From Candidatus Saccharimonadia bacterium (GTDB taxonomy: Bacteria; Patescibacteriota; SICC01), in NCBI GenBank assembly GCA_025449535.1, contig JANWJF010000001.1:613136-677135 (forward strand): a stretch of DNA of 64,000 bases. Reading direction: 5' to 3'. Made by a program: the position numbers and the translations under genes. The first letter of the stretch is position 1; every line of letters starts with the position of its first letter. The notes beneath the pieces were generated by a model that saw only the letters and a list, made by a program, of their open reading frames with translations, searched no databases and was not told the origin of the DNA. Below are positions 1-9,319 of the stretch, piece after piece.

Positions 1-130
1 CGGCTTCACCCAGACCAGTGCGTACCCGCGGCTGATGGAGACCGCCGGCGTGTCGTTCACCGACCTGCTCGACCGTCTGTTGGCGGACGCCGTGGCGGAT
101 TACCGCGCTTATCGCCAACGGGAACACTAG
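1..130 (+). CDS. ddl: D-alanine--D-alanine ligase, C-terminal end (partial, runs off window start)
   Basis: Frame 2 reads GFTQTSAYPRLMETAGVSFTDLLDRLL...EH*, matching the Ddl C-terminal (P)GFTxxSxYP motif; TAG at 128-130. Confidence 0.75.
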   Translation, partial: GFTQTSAYPRLMETAGVSFTDLLDRLLADAVADYRAYRQREH

Positions 131-144
131 TCCGCCGCCAGTCG

Positions 145-945
145 TCAGGCATCTTCGAATACGATCGCGGTGTGGATCGGCCGGCCCGCCGGCATCACGT
201 CGCCTTCGGCGAACCCTTCGTCATGCTTGCCGGCCCGCGGCCGGTTGACTAGCCGCCGCTCGCGGACGAGCGTGGTGCCGCCGCCGCCGTCCAGGTTGAG
301 CGCGTATCCGACACCTAGCGACTGCATCAGGCCCGCGAGTTCCGAAATGGTCAGGCCGGCGTCCCCGTCCGGGCCCTTGGCGGTCGTGTGCGGTCCATCG
401 ACGGCCACCGCCCAGACCGTCCCCGCGTCGAAGCCGATCGCCGAGCGCTGGGTACGGATGCATGTCCATTCGTCATCGATCTCCCCTTGCCAGGTCTCCG
501 GCAGGCCTTCGTAGTGGTAGCCGTCTACGATCACGGACCGGCCGTTCCGGACCAGAATCGGTCCGGCGGTCAGCAGGTCGCCCCGCGGCGTGCTCGGCAT
601 CCGTCCCAGGCGGGCGATCTTCAGGTGCGAGCCGTCGATATGCAGCGCGCCGCGCTGGTCCGTCCAGCTCTTGCCGAACGGCTCGCTGTCGATCGCCAGT
701 CCGTCCATCCAGACCCGTCCCAGCGGCTTGCGGGTCTTGCGCGAGAAGAATCCGCCCGTCATCGCATGGTGGGTGCCGGTGCGTCGGCACCACTCGGTGA
801 GCCGTTCCGCCTCGGAAAACACGGCGATCCGGAGCCGGGTCGATTCCCGCGGGAATGCCGCCGCGTGTACCGTGGTCGACCGCCCGTCCGAGAGCGGATG
901 CCGGAACGTGCGGGTAGCCGGATTGTCTTTTGTTGTTACGGTCAC
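145..945 (-). CDS. Phosphodiester glycosidase (NAGPA/DUF2233) family protein
   Basis: Motifs GGFF, AGPILV, RSAIG, VDG, G.T..ELA, ALNLDGGGGT typical of the family. Confidence 0.8.
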   Translation of the reverse strand: MTVTTKDNPATRTFRHPLSDGRSTTVHAAAFPRESTRLRIAVFSEAERLTEWCRRTGTHHAMTGGFFSRKTRKPLGRVWMDGLAIDSEPFGKSWTDQRGALHIDGSHLKIARLGRMPSTPRGDLLTAGPILVRNGRSVIVDGYHYEGLPETWQGEIDDEWTCIRTQRSAIGFDAGTVWAVAVDGPHTTAKGPDGDAGLTISELAGLMQSLGVGYALNLDGGGGTTLVRERRLVNRPRAGKHDEGFAEGDVMPAGRPIHTAIVFEDA

Positions 946-1135
946 GCAGCCTGTTGGCTAGAGTGTTCGGCCCAATGGTAACGCGATTCGTGCCCGGTCC
1001 GCGAGCCCCAGGAGTGCCCAGGTTCATCCGGGTTTCCATACCATCTCGATTCACGGCTTTGCCGTGAATCGACCCCAGCCCTGCGACGTCTCGCATTTCC
1101 TGAGCCTTGGCTTAGGAAATGTATATGAAGCGTAG

Positions 1136-1207
1136 TGGGTGCAGCAGGACTCGAACCTGCAACCAATTGCTTAAGAGGCAACTGCTCTACCATTGAGCTA
1201 TGCACCC
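1136..1207 (-). tRNA. tRNA-Lys(CTT), CCA not encoded
   Basis: Minus strand GGGTGCATAGCTCAATGGTAGAGCAGTTGCCT-CTT-AAGCAATTGGTTGCAGGTTCGAGTCCTGCTGCACCCA folds as a cloverleaf; TATAAT upstream. Confidence 0.95.
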
Positions 1208-1265
1208 GCTCAACCGATTATAGCGGATTCCACGCTGGTTTCGCGGTATACTTGCGGTAACCGCG

Positions 1266-2321
1266 ATGAATATAAACATTCCCCGCATCCTCGCTATCGA
1301 GCTGGCGATCATCGCCGGCGGCGTCATCCTGTACTTCGCGGGCGGCCTGCTGTCTGAGTTCGCTTCGATCGCCTTGGTGATCGCGTTCTCGACCTTGCTG
1401 ACCTATGCGCTGCTCCCGGCCGTGAACCGGCTCGACCGGTTCAAGTACGTGCCGCGCGGCGCGGCGATCCTGGTCACGTACGCGGGGTTGATACTCGCCC
1501 TGGTGGGATTCGTGGCGCTGATCTCCGTGCCGCTTTCCGACCAAGGCCAGGAATTCGCGGAAAATTACCCGGAGTACCAGCGTCAGCTCGAGTCGGGAAT
1601 CCCCGAGACGCAGCGCTGGCTGGACGACCATAAGATCGGCTACGACCTGCAGGCTTCCTCGGACAAGTTCGTCGACAAGCTCGAGATCAGCACCGACGTC
1701 GTGGTCAGCCGGACCGGTTCGATCATCTCCGGGTTCTTCGGGACGCTGTCGTCGATGTTCTTCGTCCTCTTCGTGACGGCGTACTTCCTGCACTCGGGCC
1801 ACCGGTTCGTGGAACGGCTGATCATGTTGTTCCCGAAACGGCGCCACCGGTTCGTCCGCAAGCTCACCCATGACTACGATCGGATCCTTGGCCGATACGT
1901 CCGCGGGCAGCTGATCATCTCCGGAGTCGTGGCGCTGGCGGTCGGTCTGTTCACCAGCGTGATCGGCCTGCCATACTCGGTGATCATCGGACTGATCGCG
2001 GGCATCACGGCATTGATCCCGGTGATCGGCGCGCTGCTCGGGATGGTCATTCCCGTCGTGATCGCGGCGCTGGTCAACCCGATACTGATCCCGGTCTTCA
2101 TCGCCTTCTTCCTGATCCTCAACGAGATCACGGACAAGGTACTGTACCCGCGGGTGGTCGGACGTGCGGTCGAGCTCCATCCGTTGATCGTCTTCTTCGG
2201 ACTGTTGGTCGGCGTCCAGGTGGCCGGCATCGCCGGCGCACTGCTGGCCACTCCAGTCCTCGGATTGCTGAAAGTGACGTTGGTCGCCCTGAATAACTCC
2301 ACCGGATACGCGAGGAACTGA
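1266..2321 (+). CDS. AI-2E family (PerM/UPF0118) transporter
   Basis: 351 aa multi-TM protein; YVRGQ, LIPVIG, LYPRVVGRAVELHP, GIAGALLATP motifs. Confidence 0.9.
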   Translation: MNINIPRILAIELAIIAGGVILYFAGGLLSEFASIALVIAFSTLLTYALLPAVNRLDRFKYVPRGAAILVTYAGLILALVGFVALISVPLSDQGQEFAENYPEYQRQLESGIPETQRWLDDHKIGYDLQASSDKFVDKLEISTDVVVSRTGSIISGFFGTLSSMFFVLFVTAYFLHSGHRFVERLIMLFPKRRHRFVRKLTHDYDRILGRYVRGQLIISGVVALAVGLFTSVIGLPYSVIIGLIAGITALIPVIGALLGMVIPVVIAALVNPILIPVFIAFFLILNEITDKVLYPRVVGRAVELHPLIVFFGLLVGVQVAGIAGALLATPVLGLLKVTLVALNNSTGYARN

Positions 2322-2326
2322 CTGTC

Positions 2327-2986
2327 ATGCCCGCGAAGAAGCACGTGGTAGTGTTCGATTTTGACGGAGTGGTCGCCGACAGCTTCGGATTGCATATCGA
2401 CTGCTGGAAGCAGGCGCTCAAAGGCGAGGGTACGACGCTGTCCGACGAGGCGGTGCTCAAGGCGCTGGGCTGGAGCTCGCTGGAGACCGCGCAGGTACTC
2501 GTGAAGGAAGCGGGCCTGAAGACTTTCCCGGAAGAGATCGCCAAGCGCAAGACGGGCCTGTTCACGGAGCGCTCACGGAAGGAACTGAACATAATGCCGG
2601 GAGCCGACGCCGCAGTCGCCAGGCTGGCCGGCGAGTTCCATGTCGCGCTGACGTCCGGCCGGACGAGCGCGATCGTCGGCCCGGCCCTGGAGCGCTTCGG
2701 GCTCAAGGATACGTTCGACCTGGTCATCACCGGAGACGACATGCAGCCCCAGGACGAGCTGGACGACCTGTTGGCCCAGGTCTTCGAGCGGCTGAAGCTG
2801 AAGAAGGGCGACGGCGTGATGGTGGACGACTCCCGGAACGGGCTGCTGGCCGCCGAACGCGCCGGGATGAAGTCGGTGGCGTTCGACTCGAACCCGAAGC
2901 TGAAGGTCGATTATTCCATGGCGGATGCCGTGATCGGTTCGCTGGACGAACTCCAGCCCGAACTGCTCCATTCCGTCTTCGGCTGA
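2327..2986 (+). CDS. HAD-family phosphatase (beta-PGM/CbbY-like)
   Basis: FDFDGVVADS motif I, TSG motif II, VDDS..GL.AA.RAGM motif IV. Confidence 0.9.
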   Translation: MPAKKHVVVFDFDGVVADSFGLHIDCWKQALKGEGTTLSDEAVLKALGWSSLETAQVLVKEAGLKTFPEEIAKRKTGLFTERSRKELNIMPGADAAVARLAGEFHVALTSGRTSAIVGPALERFGLKDTFDLVITGDDMQPQDELDDLLAQVFERLKLKKGDGVMVDDSRNGLLAAERAGMKSVAFDSNPKLKVDYSMADAVIGSLDELQPELLHSVFG

Positions 2987-3025
2987 ATCGGGCCGGGGAA
3001 TTCTTTACACTGGAACTGTCCCTAT

Positions 3026-3099
3026 TCCGGGATCGTCTAATGGTAGGACGCCAGACTCTGAATCTGGTAATCGGGGTTCGAATCCCTGTCCCGGAGCCA
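3026..3099 (+). tRNA. tRNA-Gln(CTG), CCA encoded
   Basis: TCCGGGA...CCAGA-CT-CTG-AA-TCTGG...GGTTCGAATCC...TCCCGGAG-CCA cloverleaf. Confidence 0.95.
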
Positions 3100-3109
3100 A
3101 GGAACACAT

Positions 3110-3829
3110 ATGGAAATACTGGTTACTTTCGTAGCGGGGTTCATAGCGGCGCTGCTGGGCTCCATGAGTGGAGGCGGTGCTGGCTTCTTCGGGCTTTATG
3201 CACTCCTCTTGCTGGGCCTTCCCTTAAATACGGCAATTGCTACCAATAAGTTTGGAGATGTAGGATTTTTTCCGGCATCGATTAGAAACTTTGCCCGCAA
3301 AGGCCTGATCGAGAAAAAGATCTTCTTTCCGTTACTGATCCTTCAGGGGCTCGGAGTTACCGCTGGAACGTTCCTGCTGATTCAGTTGAGTGAAGGCGCA
3401 ATTAAAATCATCGTAACGCTGGTCATTGTCCCGCTGTTCTTCATGCTGGCTTTTAGAAACAGGCAAAACAACACCGGTACGGAAAGTTTTTTATGGAAGC
3501 CCGTTTATTTTTTGTCCTCACTCTACTCAGGCATAGTCGGTGCAGGGAGTGGGTTCATTAGAATGTTCTCCCTGATCAGCTTGAGGAAAATTCCTGCCCT
3601 TCAAGCTGCTGCCAATAGCTTTTCGGCAACGTTCCCTTTTGCCGTTTTATCAGTCGGCATTCTGCTGTATGCCGGGTTGGTCGACATCCGACTTGGCACA
3701 TCGTTGTTTGTCGGTAACCTCCTGGGAGCGCATATCGGTTCCAAGGTGGCGATCAAGAAAGGCAATGAGTTTGTGCGGTACATGTTGCTGGCCCTGATGC
3801 TAGTGACGCTTGTAATGATTTGGGTTTGA
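3110..3829 (+). CDS. TauE/SafE (sulfite exporter) family membrane protein
   Basis: Two repeats of the G-rich motif (SGGGAG / SGIVGAGSG), AIATNK, G..LGAHIGS; lower GC than flanks. Confidence 0.85.
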   Translation: MEILVTFVAGFIAALLGSMSGGGAGFFGLYALLLLGLPLNTAIATNKFGDVGFFPASIRNFARKGLIEKKIFFPLLILQGLGVTAGTFLLIQLSEGAIKIIVTLVIVPLFFMLAFRNRQNNTGTESFLWKPVYFLSSLYSGIVGAGSGFIRMFSLISLRKIPALQAAANSFSATFPFAVLSVGILLYAGLVDIRLGTSLFVGNLLGAHIGSKVAIKKGNEFVRYMLLALMLVTLVMIWV

Positions 3830-3835
3830 TAGCCT

Positions 3836-4987
3836 TTAACGGATGTACTTGATGCCGAAGATGAATGGGGTCGATAGCAACATCGCCAAGAGCAGCCCTT
3901 GCAAAGACGGCAGGAATAGCAGGATGACGTAAGTCAGCAGGCCGGCGGCGACGAAGGAAGCGCAGCAGAACACTTGCATGAAGTAGACGTACTCGAGCGT
4001 TCGACTGGCCCGGGCCTTCTCGTAGTACCGGCTGTACCACGGGGTATCGACCATGGCCCGGGAAGCTCCGTACAGGAAGTTGAGTCCGGTAATGTGAAGG
4101 CTGTTCTGGACGAGGAACCGTAGCGCACCGACGGAGGTCAGCATGTAGGTTCCTTCCTTGATGTAGTGCTTCTCGCCGCGCACGGCTTCCCGCCGTCCGA
4201 TATACAACGAGATCAGGACGGCCGAGATGATCGTCAACGACGTTACCGCGCCGACGCCGACGTAGCTCGGCAGGATCAGGTAGATTACCAGCGGCCAGAC
4301 GTTGCTTTGGATGAAGTCGTCCACCGACATGCAGCCGCCGGCCAGATAATCGGGCAGGAACGGGCGCCATTTGAATGTCGATATCCTCGGCCGGGCCCGC
4401 TTCACGATTTCCGGCCCGCTAAGCAGGGGCACCAATGCTATCAGGCACAGCCCGGCCGCGACCCCATAGGTGACGTTTATCCCGGCGAGCTGACTGATGA
4501 TGCCGCCCAGGATCGGGGCGACGCCTCCGGCGGCTACGTACAGCGCGAACGAGGTACCTACTTGCCGACCTTCCTTCTTGGCGTCGAACCCCATGATGAA
4601 GTTGATCCGTGCCGCATACCAGTACAGCGCCCAGCAGATGCCGAGTATCAAGACCAGGGGCCAGAGCGGCAGGTGGAAGATCGGCAAGGCGATCAGGGAC
4701 CCGATGTGCAGGATGCTGAGTGCGGTACCGATCGCCATGGTGTGGTTACCTCCCACATGGGCCAACAGCCGCATGGTCGGGTACAGACAGGCTAGCTGGA
4801 CGGCGCCGGCCAAGGCGAAGAACAGGACCACTTCCTGCAAGGGGTAGCCGAGCTCGAGCAGGTAGATGGGGATAAAGACCCCGATCAGGGCCATCGCGAC
4901 CCCACGGAGGCTGTGCGACCAGTACATCTTTCCTATCTCACTGAAACGAAGAAAGTGATGCTGGTGGTGATGGATCGGATTGTGCAT
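3836..4987 (-). CDS. MFS-type transporter with His-rich N-terminus (paralogue 1 of 4)
   Basis: 383 aa, ~12 TM; FIPIYL..LGY, APILGG, YVGVG motifs shared with 37693-41153. Confidence 0.8.
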   Translation of the reverse strand: MHNPIHHHQHHFLRFSEIGKMYWSHSLRGVAMALIGVFIPIYLLELGYPLQEVVLFFALAGAVQLACLYPTMRLLAHVGGNHTMAIGTALSILHIGSLIALPIFHLPLWPLVLILGICWALYWYAARINFIMGFDAKKEGRQVGTSFALYVAAGGVAPILGGIISQLAGINVTYGVAAGLCLIALVPLLSGPEIVKRARPRISTFKWRPFLPDYLAGGCMSVDDFIQSNVWPLVIYLILPSYVGVGAVTSLTIISAVLISLYIGRREAVRGEKHYIKEGTYMLTSVGALRFLVQNSLHITGLNFLYGASRAMVDTPWYSRYYEKARASRTLEYVYFMQVFCCASFVAAGLLTYVILLFLPSLQGLLLAMLLSTPFIFGIKYIR

Positions 4988-5178
4988 TTATTTCACGAAC
5001 TGCCAGAGAAAAATTTATGCCAGGCAGCCTTAGTGTAGAGCCTTGGTAGCGGGGATTCTAACGTCATCCCAGACCCGGAGCGCTGCCTTTAATGATCTTC
5101 ACAGGACGAGCCAGGGAAGTAACCATTGCTCGAAAGCCATTTAGGCGTATAGTGACCGTGCAACACAGGAGGATCTAT

Positions 5179-5475
5179 ATGGGATTACTATTTGTTCTTA
5201 TCGCACTGCTTTCGCCCCGGCTCGGAATTGTCGTACTGTGGGCGTTCACTAACTACATCGATCGGTCGTTCAACGGGTTCCTGGTCCCGCTCTTGGGGCT
5301 ATTGTTCCTGCCGTGGACGACTTTGATGTACGTGTTGGTCCAGGCTCCCGCGGGCAGAATATCCTTCTGGGGCTGGCTCTTCGTCGGCATCGGGGTGATC
5401 CTGGACATGAGCAGTTACGGTCAAGCGGCTACCCAGGGCAAAAGCTCCGGTGGCTCCGCCGTCCAGACTCCGTAG
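5179..5475 (+). CDS. Small hypothetical membrane protein (98 aa)
   Basis: AGGAGG RBS before ATG 5179; hydrophobic, PRL and LGLLFLPWTTLMY motifs. Confidence 0.75.
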   Translation: MGLLFVLIALLSPRLGIVVLWAFTNYIDRSFNGFLVPLLGLLFLPWTTLMYVLVQAPAGRISFWGWLFVGIGVILDMSSYGQAATQGKSSGGSAVQTP

Positions 5476-5498
5476 CCTGAGTTGATTCGTTCGGCGGA

Positions 5499-6677
5499 CT
5501 ATCGCCGCGAGCCGTACTGATATTCGCGCGTCATCGGCACCTCGTCCGATAGTCCTTTGGTGGCCAGGATCTGCACGATGTCCAGGTTCCCGAACGCGAA
5601 TCCGGCATAAGAGCCCCGGAGATATAGCCGCCACATCCGGACGAAGCGTTCGTCGTACATCTCGGTCACTTTGACTACCTGGCGCTCGAACCGCTTCGAC
5701 CATTCGTCGAGCGTACGGGCGTAGTGCCGCCGCAGGCTTTCCACGTCGACGGTCCGGAAGCCCTTGTCCGCCAGCTCGGTAATCGCGCTTTGCAGTGTCG
5801 GCAGGTACCCGCCAGGGAAGATGTACTTGTCGGTCCAGATGTTCATCTCGCGGTCCTCGAACTGGGTAATGGTATGCAGCAAGGTGATGCCGCCTGACCG
5901 GAGCAACCGGTCGACCACGGCCATGTACTTGGCATGGTTATCTTTCCCAACATGCTCATACATGCCGACGCTCACGATTCGGTCGAAGCGCTCGGAGCCT
6001 TTGAGGTCTTCGTAGTGCTTGAGTTCGACCGTCACACGACCGGTCAGCTTCTCGTCAATGATCCGTTTTCGGGTGGCCCGGTATTGTTCTTTAGAGAGCG
6101 TGATGCCATGGGCCCGTACGCCATATCGTTTGGCAGCGCGGATAATCAGCTCGCCCCAGCCGCTGCCGATGTCCAGGAGCCGCATGTCTTTCTTGAGACC
6201 GAGCTTCTTCAAGATGTGATCGACCTTTTGCCGTTGCGCGGTTTCCAGCGAGTCAGACGGCTTGCGAAAGTACGCACACGAGTAGGTGAGGGACTTGTCG
6301 AGCCAAAGCCGGTAAAAGTCGTTACCGAGGTCGTAGTGATGTTGGACGTCGCTGAAGTTCGTCCGCTTGGACGTCCGCCGCCCTGGCCTTTGCAGCTTCC
6401 GTAGGTACTTGCCCAGGGCAGCCTGGTTCTCATCACCCAGCCGGGCCAGATCGGCCAGGTCGCCCCGTACGTCGATCCGGCCGTTCATGTAGGCCTCGCC
6501 GACCGCCAAGTCGAGGTCCTTCCGCATCGCTTTGATGATCGTCGGGTCCTTGAAGGTGACGGCTACCCTGGGCTTTCCCGAGCCGTATCGCTTGGTCGTG
6601 CCATCCCAGTAGGTGACGTCGAGTTCGCCGTGTCGAATCCCGGAGAGCGCAGTGTGCAGCAGCTGCTTCTCGAGCAT
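5499..6677 (-). CDS. cfa: Cyclopropane-fatty-acyl-phospholipid synthase
   Basis: GEAYM, HYDLGNDFY.LWLD..TYSCAYF, LLDIGSGWG SAM motif, SVGMYEHVG, YIFPGG; start set at ATG 6677 (TATATT 6 nt upstream). Confidence 0.92.
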   Translation of the reverse strand: MLEKQLLHTALSGIRHGELDVTYWDGTTKRYGSGKPRVAVTFKDPTIIKAMRKDLDLAVGEAYMNGRIDVRGDLADLARLGDENQAALGKYLRKLQRPGRRTSKRTNFSDVQHHYDLGNDFYRLWLDKSLTYSCAYFRKPSDSLETAQRQKVDHILKKLGLKKDMRLLDIGSGWGELIIRAAKRYGVRAHGITLSKEQYRATRKRIIDEKLTGRVTVELKHYEDLKGSERFDRIVSVGMYEHVGKDNHAKYMAVVDRLLRSGGITLLHTITQFEDREMNIWTDKYIFPGGYLPTLQSAITELADKGFRTVDVESLRRHYARTLDEWSKRFERQVVKVTEMYDERFVRMWRLYLRGSYAGFAFGNLDIVQILATKGLSDEVPMTREYQYGSRR

Positions 6678-6801
6678 GCTCTCAATATACAGAGACGGCA
6701 GCACTGAGTAAGCACCAGCCTTGCCCTGAGCTTATGTCGGGTAAGTGTTGCATATCGTCGCCCGACGGAGTATCTCTGTAATCAAGTAACCTGAGGGGAT
6801 C

Positions 6802-6990
6802 ATGGCAAAGAAGGAAATCATCAAGTCGAACGGTCCGGGCGGGGCGGTATTTTTCTTCGCGTGGATCGGCGCGCTCGTCTACTTCCTACAGCAGACGAAT
6901 ACGTTCTGGGGCGACGTGCTTGCCGTCCTGAAGTCGTTGATCTGGCCCGCGTACCTCGTCTACGAGGGACTGAAGGCGCTCGGGGCCTAG
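6802..6990 (+). CDS. Small 2-TM hypothetical protein (62 aa)
   Basis: GAGGGG RBS, GC3-rich codons, hydrophobic with IGALVYF and LKSLIWPAYLVY. Confidence 0.75.
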   Translation: MAKKEIIKSNGPGGAVFFFAWIGALVYFLQQTNTFWGDVLAVLKSLIWPAYLVYEGLKALGA

Positions 6991-7047
6991 CCGGGTAATC
7001 GAAGCGTATCTTTGAAAAATAAGCTGGTTATGCTATTATCCTGAGTC

Positions 7048-7437
7048 ATGGCAACTCCAGACCACGAGCCTAACCACGATGAACTGACTCAGGGACCTCC
7101 CGACAACGTCTACTCCGATGGCGGCGTGATTAGTTGGGAATACCGTACGCCGGAAGGCGTCCGGGCGACGCTGGGCATCATCCAGCCTGGGTTCAGGGAA
7201 ACGTTTACCGTCGCAGAAGGCGGCGAGAACATCTGCCTGCATGAGCCGGACGGCACCCAACGCCTGCATATCAAGGAAATGTTCGACGGCAAGGTCCATA
7301 GAGCTCATATCTTGAAGCGCGGCACCAACCGGGAGATTAGAATCCCGGGCGGTATAGAGATCGAGGTGAGTACGCCGGAGGGCCAAGGTCCGGTCGCATA
7401 CCTGTGCGAGTATCCCGGCGAACACGTAGGAGACTGA
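7048..7437 (+). CDS. PpnP (YaiE/DUF1255)-like cupin; possible pyrimidine/purine nucleoside phosphorylase
   Basis: NVYSDGGVIS, ATLGIIQPG and terminal AYLCEY resemble PpnP N.Y.DG.V.S / AT.G / AYLCEY motifs. Confidence 0.55.
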   Translation: MATPDHEPNHDELTQGPPDNVYSDGGVISWEYRTPEGVRATLGIIQPGFRETFTVAEGGENICLHEPDGTQRLHIKEMFDGKVHRAHILKRGTNREIRIPGGIEIEVSTPEGQGPVAYLCEYPGEHVGD

Positions 7438-7785
7438 ATGGCTCCCGACGGCCAAGAACCGAATCCCGAGATTCCCGTCGGTAGCCGTGTGGTCGTCTTT
7501 AGAAGTGTCGACCACGACGAGAAGCGGGCCGAAGTGTTCGGGTATGGGACGTATGAAGGGGATTTCGTCATGCCTGCCGAGAGCCAGGAAGATGGGGTTG
7601 GCGACCCTAACCCCCGGATACGGCTCGAGGACGGCCGCGAAGTCTGGGGAATCGAATGCTGGTGGGGTACGGAAGAGGACATCTTGGAACCGCTTCGGGG
7701 AGCGGGGTACGAGGTCGTCGAGGTGAGTCTTGAGGAACACCGAGCATCTACCACTGGCTGCATGGACCTGTTCAATCCGAACTGA
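7438..7785 (+). CDS. Hypothetical acidic protein
   Basis: ATG abuts previous stop; GYGTYEG and NPRIRLEDG...WGIECWWG look like conserved motifs; function unknown. Confidence 0.65.
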   Translation: MAPDGQEPNPEIPVGSRVVVFRSVDHDEKRAEVFGYGTYEGDFVMPAESQEDGVGDPNPRIRLEDGREVWGIECWWGTEEDILEPLRGAGYEVVEVSLEEHRASTTGCMDLFNPN

Positions 7786-7811
7786 GCCGCCGGTTGGGCT
7801 ATCCTGCAGGT

Positions 7812-8579
7812 ATGCCAAGGAGCGTCGACTTAGAAACGAAAACCGAGCTCGTCGGCATCCTTAACCTGACGCCGGACAGCTTCAGCGACGGCGGTCGGTA
7901 TGAGGACGCGAGGGCTGCCGTTGAGCACGTGGAACGGTTGTTCGCAGAAGGCGCGGCGCTGGTGGACGTCGGTGCCGAGTCGACCCGGCCCGGTGCCGAG
8001 CCGCTGTCGGCGCAAGCCGAGTGGGAACGCCTGGCGTCAGTCCTGCCGTACCTGTTGGACAAGTACCCTGGACGGATATCGCTGGATACCTATCACCCGG
8101 AGACCGTCCAGCGGGCGTTCGAGCTGGCGCCGGTGGTCGTCAATGACGTGACCGGCCTGCGTGATCCGTACATGGCCGAGGTCGTGGCCGCGCTCGACGC
8201 GACCTGTGTCGTCAGCCACTTGCCAGAAGGCGGTATCCAGGCAGCCCATCGTGCCAAGTCGGCAGCCACCGCCGAGGAAGTGCGCGACGACCTGCTACGT
8301 CAGGTGAAGGAGTTGGTCGGGCGGGGTGTCGACGCGGAGCATCTCATCCTCGACCCGGGTATCGGCTTCGGCAAGCCTCCGGAACTGAACCGGGAGCTAC
8401 TCGGTTTCGCTGCCCTCGTACCGGACTTCCCGGTGATGGTCGGCTATTCGCGGAAGCGCTTTCTCGGGGACGACCACCTCGCCTTGGCGCCGAACTTGGA
8501 AGCGGCCCGGACGGCCGTGGAGTTCGGCGCGAGGTACCTGCGGGTCCATGACGTCGCCGGGCACGCGCCGCTGCTCTAG
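7812..8579 (+). CDS. folP: Dihydropteroate synthase
   Basis: GILNLTPDSFSDGG, DVGAESTRPG, SLDT, ILDPGIGFGK, SRKRF, LRVHDV. Confidence 0.95.
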   Translation: MPRSVDLETKTELVGILNLTPDSFSDGGRYEDARAAVEHVERLFAEGAALVDVGAESTRPGAEPLSAQAEWERLASVLPYLLDKYPGRISLDTYHPETVQRAFELAPVVVNDVTGLRDPYMAEVVAALDATCVVSHLPEGGIQAAHRAKSAATAEEVRDDLLRQVKELVGRGVDAEHLILDPGIGFGKPPELNRELLGFAALVPDFPVMVGYSRKRFLGDDHLALAPNLEAARTAVEFGARYLRVHDVAGHAPLL

Positions 8580-8597
8580 TCGGGGTATCATACAAGC

Positions 8598-9227
8598 ATG
8601 GATACCAGCGCATTGGTCCTGGCGGTCCCGATGATGGCGGGGCCGCAGATACTCTCGTCGATCATCTTCGTGACCGGCAAGAGCCCGGTCCGGACCTCGA
8701 TGGCGTACGTGGCCGGCATTGCCTTGGCCATCGTCGCCGGTCTGTCAGTCGCTACACTGCTCGCACATGCGCTCAATACCCACGCTTCGATCGGCGGATC
8801 GTCCGGTCCGACCAAGCTCGGCATCGCCATCCAACTCGGGCTGGTCGCCATACTGATCTTCCTAGCGGTGCGGTCGTACCTGAACCGGGCGACGTCCAAG
8901 CCGCCGAAGTGGCTGGCCAAGCTTCAGACCGCGTCACCGAAGCAAGCGTTCCTGCTCGGGGTCCTGTTGATCTTCCTGATGCCGACGGACGTGGTGATCG
9001 TGCTGACGACCGGCTTCCACTTGGAAAGTGAAGGGAAGGCGCTCATCGACGGCTTGCCGTTGGTCGCCGCGACCACACTACTTGCCGGCCTGCCGCTGAT
9101 CCTTTATCTGCTGTTCCGCAAGCGCGCTACCGTGCTGATGCCGAAGGTGCGCGACTGGATGAACGACAACAGCTGGCTGGTGAACATCATCATCTACCTG
9201 CTGTTCGTGGCGTTGATCCTGAGCTGA
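8598..9227 (+). CDS. GAP/Sap (LysE-like) family membrane protein
   Basis: ~6 TM; PPKWLAKL and KVRDWMNDN motifs typical of the GAP family. Confidence 0.75.
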   Translation: MDTSALVLAVPMMAGPQILSSIIFVTGKSPVRTSMAYVAGIALAIVAGLSVATLLAHALNTHASIGGSSGPTKLGIAIQLGLVAILIFLAVRSYLNRATSKPPKWLAKLQTASPKQAFLLGVLLIFLMPTDVVIVLTTGFHLESEGKALIDGLPLVAATTLLAGLPLILYLLFRKRATVLMPKVRDWMNDNSWLVNIIIYLLFVALILS

Positions 9228-9319
9228 GCTTTCTCGGAACACGTGACAGTCTGAGTGTGATCAGACTGTCTGACGATACGCTTGAAGACGGAAGCAGTGA
9301 AAAGATATAGTTACCCGTT

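Noticed and set aside
7812-8579. folP as a mobile sul sulfonamide-resistance gene
   Set aside because: SRKRFLG lacks the Phe-Gly insertion typical of Sul enzymes, and there is no integron or IS context.
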